From an uncultured Coriobacteriales bacterium (GTDB lineage: Bacteria; Actinomycetota; Coriobacteriia; Coriobacteriales; UMGS124), in the NCBI GenBank assembly GCA_902464015.1, contig CABQHM010000001.1, positions 91,244 to 155,243 on the forward strand: DNA of 64,000 nucleotides. The letters run 5' to 3'. Numbering within the stretch: the first letter of the stretch is position 1; every line of letters starts with the position of its first letter. The notes beneath the pieces were generated by a model. It saw only the letters and a list, made by a program, of their open reading frames with translations, made no database searches and was not told the DNA's origin. The translations under genes and the position numbers were made by a program. This document shows, in pieces, positions 42,282 to 50,788 of this stretch.

Positions 42282-44111
42282 CTACTCAGTCGTCACGGAC
42301 TTGGCAAGGTTGCGCGGCTTGTCAATGTCACAGCCACGCGCAAGGGCAACCTCGCGGGCAAGCTGCTGCAGTGCCACGGCAACGCTCACCGGATAAGCCC
42401 ACTCGGGTGCGGGCGGGACCCACATCATGCGGTCGGCAAGGGCAGCGACCTCGTCGTCGCCCTCGGTCGCAACCGCGCACACCGTAGCCCCGCGCGCCTT
42501 GATCTCGGCGATGTTGGAGACTGTCTTGGCGCGCACCGAATCGTCGGGCACAACCACGAGTACGGGGAAGCCGGGTTCAAGCAGGGCGATGGGCCCGTGC
42601 TTCATCTCGCCGGCGGCATAGGCCTCGGCATGCAGGTAGCTGACCTCCTTGAGCTTGAGGGCACCTTCCTCGGCGCTTGCGGCATTGAAGCCGCGACCCA
42701 GGAAGAGCGCACTTGCGGCGTTCTCGAAAGCGCCGGCGCACACGTTTGCCTGGTGCTTGCGGTCAAGCATCGCACGCAGCTGCCCGGGGATGGCTCGCAA
42801 GGCCGCCGCGCGCTCGCCGAAGTCGCGGCCCGTGAGGTTGCCGCGCGCCTGGGCGAGGAAGAGTGCCACAAGCGCCATGGCCACAAGCTGGGCGGTGTAG
42901 GCCTTGGTGGAGGCAACGGAAACCTCGGGGCCCGCTTGCAGGTAGATGGTGGCGTCGGCCTCGCGGGCGGCGGTGGAGCCCAGGACATTGGTCACCGCAA
43001 GCACCTTGGCACCGGCGGCCTTCATCTTGCGCGCCGCCATGAGCGTGTCGGCCGTCTCGCCCGACTGCGTGATGACGATGCACAGGGTGCGCTCGTTGAC
43101 GAGCACGTCGCGGTAGTTGAACTCGCTTGCAACATCAACCTCGACACGCAGGCGCGCCCACGACTCGATGAGGCGCTTGGCGTAGAGGCCCGCATGGTAG
43201 GAGGTGCCGCAGGCAACGATGTAGACCTGGTCGAGACCGGCGAGCTCCTCGTCGGTGATGTCAAGCTCGTCAAGCGTGACGCCCTGCGGCGTAAGTCTGC
43301 CCTCGAGCAAGCGCTCGATGGCCTGGGGCTGCTCGGAGATCTCCTTGGCCATGAAGTCGGGCCAACCGCCCAGACTCGCCGAAGAGGCGTCCCAGTCGAC
43401 ATGGAGGACCTCAGGGGTGACAGGGGCGCCCTGGGCATCGACAAGCTCAATGGTGCCATCGGCGCGCATGCGGCCGACCTGGCCATCTGCCAGCATAATC
43501 ATGTCATGCGTCATGCCGAGGAGCACCGTGAGGTCAGAGGCGCACGCGCAGCAGCCTTCTGTGCTCGCAAGCACCAAAGGAGATCCCTTGCGCGCGACGA
43601 CGACCTCACCCGGAAGCTCGGCACATACGACGGCGAGCGCGTAGGCGCCTTCGACCTGCGAGACCGCCTGCTGCACAGCGGCCATGAGGTCGCCCTCGTA
43701 GGCTGCCTCGACAAGGTGAACGACCACCTCGGTGTCGGTGTCGCTCGTAAAGCAATGGCCCTCGCTCACGAGACGCTCGCGCAGCTGGGCGTGGTTTTCG
43801 ATGATGCCGTTGTGCACGACGGCAAAGTTGCCCGAGCAGTCACGGAAGGGATGGGCGTTGCGCTCGGACGGAATGCCGTGCGTGGCCCAACGCGTATGGG
43901 CGATGCCGGTGCAGCCCGGCATGGGATCTGCCTGAGCCGCCTCCTCAAGCACCTTCACGCGACCCTTGCGGCGAATGCTGCGAAGAACCTTGTCTTGCGA
44001 GACGACGGCCAAACCCGCCGAGTCGTACCCGCGATACTCAAGTGCCTCAAGACCCTGGAGAAGAAACGGTTGAGCCTGATCATGGCCTACATATCCGACA
44101 ATGCCGCACAT
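42282..44111 (-). CDS. glmS: Glutamine--fructose-6-phosphate aminotransferase (isomerising)
   Basis: MCGIVGYVG (N-terminal Cys nucleophile), two SIS domains, C-terminal KPRNLAKSVTTE. Confidence 0.95.
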   Translation of the reverse strand: MCGIVGYVGHDQAQPFLLQGLEALEYRGYDSAGLAVVSQDKVLRSIRRKGRVKVLEEAAQADPMPGCTGIAHTRWATHGIPSERNAHPFRDCSGNFAVVHNGIIENHAQLRERLVSEGHCFTSDTDTEVVVHLVEAAYEGDLMAAVQQAVSQVEGAYALAVVCAELPGEVVVARKGSPLVLASTEGCCACASDLTVLLGMTHDMIMLADGQVGRMRADGTIELVDAQGAPVTPEVLHVDWDASSASLGGWPDFMAKEISEQPQAIERLLEGRLTPQGVTLDELDITDEELAGLDQVYIVACGTSYHAGLYAKRLIESWARLRVEVDVASEFNYRDVLVNERTLCIVITQSGETADTLMAARKMKAAGAKVLAVTNVLGSTAAREADATIYLQAGPEVSVASTKAYTAQLVAMALVALFLAQARGNLTGRDFGERAAALRAIPGQLRAMLDRKHQANVCAGAFENAASALFLGRGFNAASAEEGALKLKEVSYLHAEAYAAGEMKHGPIALLEPGFPVLVVVPDDSVRAKTVSNIAEIKARGATVCAVATEGDDEVAALADRMMWVPPAPEWAYPVSVAVALQQLAREVALARGCDIDKPRNLAKSVTTE

Positions 44112-44261
44112 GGGGCACCTCCTTTAGAGCGTGCGCGTTGCATACAAACAGGATGGCGAAACAGACGCCATAACTGACTGATTGTATCAGCCCAACGCAA
44201 ACCGCCCACCGACTATGGGGCGAGTACACGCCACTTCGACGTGGATGACCCGAGCAGGAAA

Positions 44262-44293
44262 CAAAAAAGGAGCCCCACACAAGGTGAGGCTCC
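44262..44293 (-). terminator. Rho-independent terminator after rpsI
   Basis: Minus-strand GGAGCCTCAC-CTTGT-GTGGGGCTCC stem followed by TTTTTTG. Lies 29 nt after the rpsI stop. Confidence 0.7.
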
Positions 44294-44321
44294 TCTTGTA
44301 CACAAAAGCTGGAGGTAAAGC

Positions 44322-44714
44322 TTAGCGCTTGGAGAACTGCGGGCGCTTACGAGCCTTCTTGAGGCCGTACTTCTTACGCTCGACCACGCGGGCGTCGCGG
44401 GTGAGGTAGCCAGCCTTCTTGAGGACGGGACGGTAGTCGCCAGCCTCGAGAAGGGCGCGGGCAATGCCCAGACGCAGAGCGCCGGCCTGACCGGAGATGC
44501 CGCCGCCGTCGCACAGGGCGATGACGTCGAAGTGGCCCTCGGTCTCGGTGACCTTGAGGGGCATCAGGGCCATGTCGACGAGCTGCTGACGGCCGAAGTA
44601 CTCGACAGCGTCGCGCTTGTTGACGGTGACCTTACCGGTGCCGGGAACGATGTGAACACGGGCGACGGCGTTCTTACGACGGCCGGTGCCCCAGTAAATG
44701 GCTTCGTTGCTCAT
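44322..44714 (-). CDS. rpsI: 30S ribosomal protein S9
   Basis: [22 protein letters not shown] and C-terminal [12 protein letters not shown]. Confidence 0.95.
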   Translation of the reverse strand: MSNEAIYWGTGRRKNAVARVHIVPGTGKVTVNKRDAVEYFGRQQLVDMALMPLKVTETEGHFDVIALCDGGGISGQAGALRLGIARALLEAGDYRPVLKKAGYLTRDARVVERKKYGLKKARKRPQFSKR

Positions 44715-44717
44715 CGG

Positions 44718-45170
44718 TTACGCCTCCACGGAAATCTTGCGAGGGTTCTGGGCCTGGTGGGGATGCTCGGGGCCAGCGTACACCTTGAGCTTGGTGAACT
44801 GCTTGCGGCCGAGGGAGCTGTGGGGGAGCATGCCCTTGACAGCGCGCTCAACAATGCGCTCGGGGTGCTTCTCCATGGCCTCCTTCCAGGTCTCCTTCTT
44901 GAGGCCACCGATGTAACCGGTGTAACGGTACCAGACCTTTTCCTCTTCCTTGTTGCCAGAGAGGCGCACCTTGTCGGCGTTGACGATGACAACGAAGTCA
45001 CCCGTGTCGACATGGGGGGTAAAGGTCGGCTTGTGCTTGCCGCGCAGGATAGCAGCAACCTGGGCGGCCAGACGACCGAGAATCATGCCGCCATTCTTGC
45101 CCTCGGCAGCGTCAATGAGCAGCCACTCGCGCTCGACTTCACCGGGCTTGGCGTAGTACGTGGTCTTCAC
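44718..45170 (-). CDS. rplM: 50S ribosomal protein L13
   Basis: [42 protein letters not shown]. The GTG at 45170 has GGAGGAG 6 nt upstream; the track ATG at 45185 lies over that SD. Confidence 0.95.
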   Translation of the reverse strand: MKTTYYAKPGEVEREWLLIDAAEGKNGGMILGRLAAQVAAILRGKHKPTFTPHVDTGDFVVIVNADKVRLSGNKEEEKVWYRYTGYIGGLKKETWKEAMEKHPERIVERAVKGMLPHSSLGRKQFTKLKVYAGPEHPHQAQNPRKISVEA

Positions 45171-45253
45171 GTAAAACTCCTCCAACTCATACTCGCATAG
45201 GATTTGTCACTGAAACAGAGGTTTCACGGGGCTCTGCGAAAGTGAACTAAAAG

Positions 45254-45282
45254 AGTCTATGAGGAAGGCTCCTGAGTGTCAA
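45254..45282 (-). promoter_or_regulatory. Sigma-70-type promoter for rplM-rpsI
   Basis: The minus strand reads TTGACA (45282-45277), a 17-nt spacer, then TAGACT (45259-45254). It is followed by a ~75-nt leader with GTTCAC/GTGAAC and GAAAC/GTTTC hairpins. Confidence 0.5.
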
Positions 45283-45355
45283 TGCGAAATGACCCTCGCG
45301 CGGGGCTTTCCTACTCTTACTCCACAAATCACAGGACAGGAAACCTTGAGGCCGA

Positions 45356-46210
45356 CTACGCCTTGAGCGAAAGTACGGTAAGGGTCGCCGTGCCGAAATA
45401 CTCGTTGGTATAGGACTGCCAGGCGCTGTACTGGGCAGAGGAAGCCTGGCCGTACAGCTGGGAGGCAACGCTATATGCCGCAAAGGCCATCTGGTAGTTT
45501 GCCAGCTCACCATTGAAGTCGTAGGCCTCAAGAGCGCTTGCATAGGGGCTGCCGTCGGCCCACGTCTTGTTCTCAGCGTCCCAATCACTGCCGGCAAGCT
45601 CCACGATGTAGGCGGCATAGTCGGCATTGGCGGCAGAGTTGTCGCCGTCGGCAGGAGACTCAGGCGCCTGGGGAGACGAACCGATCGAGCCGCTCACCGT
45701 GTCGCGCAGCTTGGCCACTGCGGCACCCTCGGTGATGATGGTCTTGGCCTTTTCCTCATCGAGACCGTAGTAGTTGGCCACCGTGGCGAAGTCCTGAGCT
45801 CCCAAGGTGTTCTGCATGTAGGCAGAGACCTCGTCATCGCTCACTTCAATGCCGTTGGCCTGCACAAGGGTGCGCAGGATCTCGTTGCGCACGTAGGTAA
45901 GGATGTCCTCGGTGCTGGGAGTGGAGTAGGTGCCGTCGTCGTTCTTGCGCTGCTCGATGTTCGTGGCGTCCTCGATGACCATGCGCGCCGTGATCTCGGT
46001 GGCCTTGCCATCGTAGGTGTAGGCGGCAATGGCGTCGTCGAGCTGGTCTTCCGTGAGGTTCACCGGGCAGGCGACAAGCTTGGAGACCGTGTCGGCGAGC
46101 GATTCAGACTTCGCCTCGTCGGCAAAGGCCGATGCGGTTCCCGCGCAAGCAAGGGCCATCAGGCCGCCGGCAAGCATCTCACGGCGCGACATTGACGTGA
46201 TCATGGTCAT
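45356..46210 (-). CDS. Tat-signal secreted protein with a SurA-N-terminal-like chaperone region (no parvulin domain seen); paralogue of 61272-62300
   Basis: MSRREMLAGGLMALACAGTASAFA signal. ILTYVRNEILRTLVQANGIEVSDDEVSAYM resembles the SurA/PrsA N-domain. Collinear similarity to the 61272-62300 product through to the C-terminus (..TLTVLSLKA vs ..AIVIYTLRA). Confidence 0.5.
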   Translation of the reverse strand: MTMITSMSRREMLAGGLMALACAGTASAFADEAKSESLADTVSKLVACPVNLTEDQLDDAIAAYTYDGKATEITARMVIEDATNIEQRKNDDGTYSTPSTEDILTYVRNEILRTLVQANGIEVSDDEVSAYMQNTLGAQDFATVANYYGLDEEKAKTIITEGAAVAKLRDTVSGSIGSSPQAPESPADGDNSAANADYAAYIVELAGSDWDAENKTWADGSPYASALEAYDFNGELANYQMAFAAYSVASQLYGQASSAQYSAWQSYTNEYFGTATLTVLSLKA

Positions 46211-46398
46211 ACCCCTTTCGCACAGCACGGGGCAGACGACAGGTCCACCCCGCACACAGACGTTTGCATCATCATCCCTCAAAGCGAACGACTCACGAGG
46301 GCTGGGCGCCCACATCGCACAACAAGGGCATCCCTGAAGCGGGCACAAACAAAAAAAGCCCGCAGCGCATGCGCGTTGCGGGCTTTCTAAGAGACAAA

Positions 46399-46475
46399 TG
46401 GTGCCCCCAGCGGGGTTCGAACCCGCGATCTTCGCCTTGAAAGGGCGACGTCCTAGGCCGCTAGACGATGGGGAC
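46399..46475 (-). tRNA. tRNA-Glu (anticodon TTC), CCA encoded
   Basis: Reverse complement GTCCCCATCGTCTAGCGGCCTAGGACGTCGCCCTTTCAAGGCGAAGATCGCGGGTTCGAACCCCGCTGGGGGCACCA. It has a 7-bp acceptor stem, anticodon loop CTTTCAA, GTTCGAA T-loop, and is 77 nt long. Confidence 0.9.
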
Positions 46476-46531
46476 AGCGGACGTACATTATGCACAATCA
46501 CTTGCAGCTGTGCAAGACCATCAGCGATTCT

Positions 46532-48223
46532 TTACAACTCGAGTCGCTCCGACAAAGCCTTGTTCACAATCTTGAGTGCCTTGACGCGCGCATAGCGCTT
46601 GTCGTCGGACTGTATGATGTGCCACGGCGCATAGGGAGTGGACGTAAGACGCACCATGTCGTCGACGCACTCGTAGTACAGGTCGTTCTTGGCGCGGTTG
46701 CGCCAATCGTCGGGCGTGATCTTCCAGCGGCGAGCAGGATCGGCCTGGCGCGACTCGAAGCGTGCAAGCTGCTCGGCCGAACTCACGTCGATCCAGAACT
46801 TCACGAGCACGGCACCCCAGATACGCAGGTCATCCTCGAACTCGTTGATCTCGTCGTAGGCGCGGCGCCACTCGTCCTTGGTCGCAAACCCCTCGATGCG
46901 CTCCACAAGCACGCGACCATACCAGGTGCGATCGAAGATGGCGGTGTGACCCGAGCGCGGCAGGCGGTTCCAGAAGCGCCACAAGAAAGGACGGGCAAGC
47001 TCGTCGCGCGAGGCCGGGCCAATGGGGTTCACACGATACCCGCGCGCATCCATTGCGGCGGTGAGGCGCTTGATGTTGCCGCCCTTGCCGGCGGCGTCCC
47101 ACCCCTCGTAAGCCACGATGAGAGGAACCCTATGGCGGTACATCTCAAGCGACAGACGCGCCAGCTTCTCCTGCTCGCGCTTCAGCTCATGGTGGTACTC
47201 GTCGTCGCTGTCCATCTCGTGGGGCTTACGGCGCGAGCGGGCCAAGTCGGGCACCGTCTCCAACTCGAACCTCGAGGTAAGCTTGCTCGCGTCTCCCATA
47301 CGGCGCTTGGCCTTCTTTACCTCGCGGGCAAGGATCTCGGGCTCGCTGAGAATCTCGACGGGCTCTTCAGGTGCAGCAGACGGAGCTGCGGCAGCGCCGC
47401 CGGCGGGCGTCTCAAGCGCCTCGCCCTGGCCGATGGGCTGGTCGGGGTCGATGCCGCGGGCGCGCAGGCCTTCGTCCATGCGCCGGACGAGCTCCTCCAT
47501 AATCAAGATGTTGGAGTTGCGGCGAAACTCCGCCGGCACCAGGCACCACTGGTCCTTGGCCGAATCGCTCGTAAGCCAGCGCTCGTAGACCTGCACATAC
47601 TCGTCGTAGTGCTGAATCTGACGAATGTCGGACTGGTCGACCTTCCAGGCGCTCGCCTCGTCACCCATGAGCTCCATGAGCCGACGCGACTGCATCTTGC
47701 GGGTGATGTGCAGGAAGAACTTCACGATGATGAAGCCGTCGTCGGTGAGCTGGCGCTCAAAAGCGCGGGCGGACCTGATGTGCTCGCGCACCCGCTGGTC
47801 TGCCCGGGCTGCCATTTGCACGCGCGCGGCGCTGTCTTGACTCGGGTCTCCCTGCAGGCGTACGTCCTCCACCCAGGCGCGCGACAGTTCGTCGTAGTAG
47901 GCCTGGTCAAAGATGGTCATGGTGCCCCGCTTGCCCAAGCGCATCCAATAGCGCGCCATAAAGGGCAGGCGTCCCTCGTAGCCCACGGGCTCTTCCATCG
48001 TGTGCACGCTGTAGGCGCGCGAGTCAAGGTCAACCACGAGGTCGGAAATGCGGCTTCCCTTGCCTGAAGCGCCCCAACCCTCAAAGAGGATGACCGTGCC
48101 CATGTTTGCCTTGATGGCATGTTGCTGGAGAAGCGCCAGGCGCGTCTTCAGCTCCTCGCGCCGAGCCCGGTACTCATCGCGGCCCATCTCGGCGGGAAAC
48201 ACCATGTCCTTGAGTACGCCCAT
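46532..48223 (-). CDS. ppk2: Two-domain polyphosphate kinase 2 (PPK2; polyphosphate:AMP/ADP phosphotransferase type)
   Basis: Two PPK2 modules: ILFEGWGASGKGSRI..FDQAYY, and IVAYEGWDAAGKGGNI..FDRTWYGRVLVERIEG..PWHII. ATG at 48223 with AGGAGG upstream, 6 nt after the ccmD-like stop. Confidence 0.85.
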   Translation of the reverse strand: MGVLKDMVFPAEMGRDEYRARREELKTRLALLQQHAIKANMGTVILFEGWGASGKGSRISDLVVDLDSRAYSVHTMEEPVGYEGRLPFMARYWMRLGKRGTMTIFDQAYYDELSRAWVEDVRLQGDPSQDSAARVQMAARADQRVREHIRSARAFERQLTDDGFIIVKFFLHITRKMQSRRLMELMGDEASAWKVDQSDIRQIQHYDEYVQVYERWLTSDSAKDQWCLVPAEFRRNSNILIMEELVRRMDEGLRARGIDPDQPIGQGEALETPAGGAAAAPSAAPEEPVEILSEPEILAREVKKAKRRMGDASKLTSRFELETVPDLARSRRKPHEMDSDDEYHHELKREQEKLARLSLEMYRHRVPLIVAYEGWDAAGKGGNIKRLTAAMDARGYRVNPIGPASRDELARPFLWRFWNRLPRSGHTAIFDRTWYGRVLVERIEGFATKDEWRRAYDEINEFEDDLRIWGAVLVKFWIDVSSAEQLARFESRQADPARRWKITPDDWRNRAKNDLYYECVDDMVRLTSTPYAPWHIIQSDDKRYARVKALKIVNKALSERLEL

Positions 48224-48228
48224 ACGCT

Positions 48229-48417
48229 CTATTCCTCCTTGCGCTCGCGACGCTCGATGGCCTCCCTCAGGGCGTCGATGTCCTTCTGAGTCTTCTTCGT
48301 GCGGCTCAGCATCACGATGGCGAACACGAGAAGGATAACCCAAATGAGCGCGTAGCCGGCGATGAGATACGGGGCGGCGTCGATATTGGTGTAAAGCTCG
48401 GCAAGAACGGGATCCAT
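48229..48417 (-). CDS. ccmD: Small single-TM protein, CcmD-like (haem exporter subunit D), assigned by position
   Basis: 62 aa with one TM (YLIAGYALIWVILLVFAIVML) followed by a basic/acidic tail. It lies directly after ccmC, as ccmD does in System I operons. I have no sequence motif to verify the call. Confidence 0.5.
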   Translation of the reverse strand: MDPVLAELYTNIDAAPYLIAGYALIWVILLVFAIVMLSRTKKTQKDIDALREAIERRERKEE

Positions 48418-48465
48418 GGTTGGCTCCTTTGCTAGATACGACGAAACGACAGGCGACGGCCAAGA

Positions 48466-49233
48466 TTAGCGGGAAAGGTCTTCCCAGCGTTGCTTGAGCT
48501 CGGCAAGCTCCTCGGACTGCTCGGCAGTCCTCAGCGCCAGATGATAGAGGCCAAAAGCCACGAACATCATGCCGAAGATGCCGCAGATGAACGGGATGAG
48601 CATGGCAGGCTCAAGGCCGGAGTACGAGATCACCGGATGCAACGAGGAGGGCACCATGCGCGTGATGAAGTACGAGATAGGCGCATCGATGGCAGCGAGG
48701 ATGGAGAAGACACCCGACAGACGCGCGCGGCGCTCGGGGTCGTCGATGGCGGCACGCAGGATGAAGTAGGCCAGCGTGAGCATCGTGAGGATGAAGTACG
48801 TGGTGAGGCGCGGATCCCAAGTCCACCACACACCCCACTCGGCGCGGGTCCATGTGTCGCCCGAAACCATGGTGGCGCAGATGAAGACGAGGGCGATAAC
48901 CATGCAGGTCTTGCTGCGCAGGTCGTAGCGGGCCTCCTTCTTCACCAGGTAGAGCACGGCATAGACTGCCGCTACGATAATGAAGATGAACGAGACGATG
49001 GCAACAGGCACGTGGAAGTAGAAGATCTTCTGCGTGAGGACCTGCATGTGGTCGATGACGACGCCGCCAATGACATAGGTCTGGCTGAGCTCGAGGTCGC
49101 CGTTGACCATGGGTGCCTTGAGAAGCGCCCAGAGGAAATCGAACGTCGTGAGCAGAAGTCCCACGACCAGGGAGACGACGCCGGCCGTTCCCCAGTCGAA
49201 GCGCCTCTTCACCTTCGCTTCGGTTTGTGCCAT
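48466..49233 (-). CDS. ccmC: Haem exporter protein CcmC
   Basis: Trp-rich WWD-type motif WGVWWTWDPRLT and a polytopic membrane profile. ATG at 49233. Confidence 0.9.
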   Translation of the reverse strand: MAQTEAKVKRRFDWGTAGVVSLVVGLLLTTFDFLWALLKAPMVNGDLELSQTYVIGGVVIDHMQVLTQKIFYFHVPVAIVSFIFIIVAAVYAVLYLVKKEARYDLRSKTCMVIALVFICATMVSGDTWTRAEWGVWWTWDPRLTTYFILTMLTLAYFILRAAIDDPERRARLSGVFSILAAIDAPISYFITRMVPSSLHPVISYSGLEPAMLIPFICGIFGMMFVAFGLYHLALRTAEQSEELAELKQRWEDLSR

Positions 49234-49310
49234 GACAAGGTTCCTTTCTATAAGACATGCCGCCACGGCGCACATGGCAGCGGACACCGACCAAAAGGGC
49301 TGGCAGATGT

Positions 49311-50060
49311 CTAGGAGTTGACGATAAACTCGTAGAGGCCCCAGGCTGCGGCAACCATGATGACGTCGTAACCGCCCGCCAGTATAAGGCTGCGCCAGAA
49401 CGTGACCATCTGCCCCTCCACGCCAAGCAGCGCGACGGAGGTGGCGCTCACGCACGCGTAGAGCAGCGGGAAGATGACCGGGATGAAGAGAATCGCGAGC
49501 AGCACGTCCTTGCCGCGCGTGTCCATCGTCATCGTGGACAGAAACGTGCCGACGCCGGCGATGCCGATGGAACCCACGAGCAGCGGCAGCACGATGTAGG
49601 GAGTCGTATCGGCGAGCACAGCCCCCGAGAGGAAGAACACGAAGAACAACGGCACGGCGATGAGCTCCACCACGCAGAGGAACAACAGGTTGGAGGTCAT
49701 CTTGGCCAGGTAGATAGCGGCGCGGGAGACGGGGGCGAGCAACACGCCCTCAAGGCAGCCGTTCTCCACCTCGTTGGCGAAGGAACGGTTGAGGCCCAGA
49801 AGCGAAGTGAAGACGATCATCGCCCACAGCAGGCCCGCCGCCACGGACAAGATGTCGAAGGCGTCGCCGGTCTGGGACATCGTCGCGCCGTAAACCGTGA
49901 GCACAAGCAGCGCGTAGACGCCCATGGAGACGATCATGTCGCGTGTGCGCAGCTCCATGCGCACGTCTTTGATGAGTAGTGCCTTGTACTGAGCCCAGAA
50001 GCTCACGCGAGGAAGGGCGGCCCCACTAGCCTGGCCAGCAGAAGAGCAGTTGGAAGCCAT
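49311..50060 (-). CDS. ccmB: Haem exporter permease CcmB
   Basis: Six-helix profile, FANEVENGCLEGVLLAP (CcmB-like E..G.LE.L..P). Located between ccmA and ccmC. ATG at 50060. Confidence 0.85.
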   Translation of the reverse strand: MASNCSSAGQASGAALPRVSFWAQYKALLIKDVRMELRTRDMIVSMGVYALLVLTVYGATMSQTGDAFDILSVAAGLLWAMIVFTSLLGLNRSFANEVENGCLEGVLLAPVSRAAIYLAKMTSNLLFLCVVELIAVPLFFVFFLSGAVLADTTPYIVLPLLVGSIGIAGVGTFLSTMTMDTRGKDVLLAILFIPVIFPLLYACVSATSVALLGVEGQMVTFWRSLILAGGYDVIMVAAAWGLYEFIVNS

Positions 50061-50064
50061 AGTC

Positions 50065-50784
50065 TTAAGCCACCCCCATTCCGACGGTAGACAGATACAG
50101 CTTGCGGAACGCCTCGCGCTCGAGCGCGGCCTTCTCGTCGAAGCACACCACGCGGCCCGCAGCCAGGATGAGGGCGTGCGATGCCAGCTCATAGCCCTTG
50201 TCAAGGTCATGAGAGACCATGACGAAGGTGCGGCCCCGACGAACGCGCGCGATGAGCTCGTCGAAGAGCTGCATGGCATGCGGGTCCAGGCCCGAGTACG
50301 GCTCGTCGAGCAGCACGATGGCCGGGTCGTTGATAAGGGCGCGCGCAATGGAGAGGCGCTGGGTCATGCCGCGGGAGAACGTGCGGGCCGCATCGTTTCG
50401 CCTGTGGTCGAGCTCGACGAGCTCAAGCAGGTCAAGGATGCGGTTGCGGGCATCGGGCACGCCGTAGAGCTTGGCGAAGAACTCAAGGTTCTCCATGGCC
50501 GTGAGGTCGCCGTACACCATGGGCTTGTGCGAGATGAGCCCGATGCGGCCGCGCAGCTCCTCGGGGTTCTCGAGCGCGTCGATGCCAAGCATGGTGAGAC
50601 TGCCGGCAGTGGGACGGCTCACAGTGGACAGGATGCGCAAAAGCGTCGTCTTGCCTGCACCGTTGGGCCCGAAGATGGAAAGGAACGCACCCTGCGGGAG
50701 GTCGAACGAGACGCCGTCGAGCGCGCGACGGGTCCCGAACGCCTTCTTGATGTCGTGCACCGCAAGCGCGGGGGTCTCCACCAT
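50065..50784 (-). CDS. ccmA: Haem ABC exporter ATP-binding protein CcmA
   Basis: Walker A GPNGAGKTT, signature FSRGMTQR, Walker B VLLDEPYSGLD. Confidence 0.85.
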   Translation of the reverse strand: MVETPALAVHDIKKAFGTRRALDGVSFDLPQGAFLSIFGPNGAGKTTLLRILSTVSRPTAGSLTMLGIDALENPEELRGRIGLISHKPMVYGDLTAMENLEFFAKLYGVPDARNRILDLLELVELDHRRNDAARTFSRGMTQRLSIARALINDPAIVLLDEPYSGLDPHAMQLFDELIARVRRGRTFVMVSHDLDKGYELASHALILAAGRVVCFDEKAALEREAFRKLYLSTVGMGVA

Positions 50785-50788
50785 GGGG

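Noticed and set aside
44112-44261. Possible glmS ribozyme in the ~150-nt leader between the rpsI terminator and the glmS start.
   Set aside because: I could not find the conserved core segments I remember from the glmS ribozyme (an AGCGCC cleavage-site context, GACGAGG, UCGGCGGAUGCC-like). Only vague resemblance exists (TAGTCGGTGGGCGG). A cmscan with RF00234 would settle it; as it stands there is no call.
46211-46501. The 381-aa track ORF extends upstream across the tRNA-Glu gene.
   Set aside because: The extension overlaps a clear tRNA on the same strand and translates to Cys/Pro/Gly-rich noise. The Tat signal and a plausible start are at ATG 46210.
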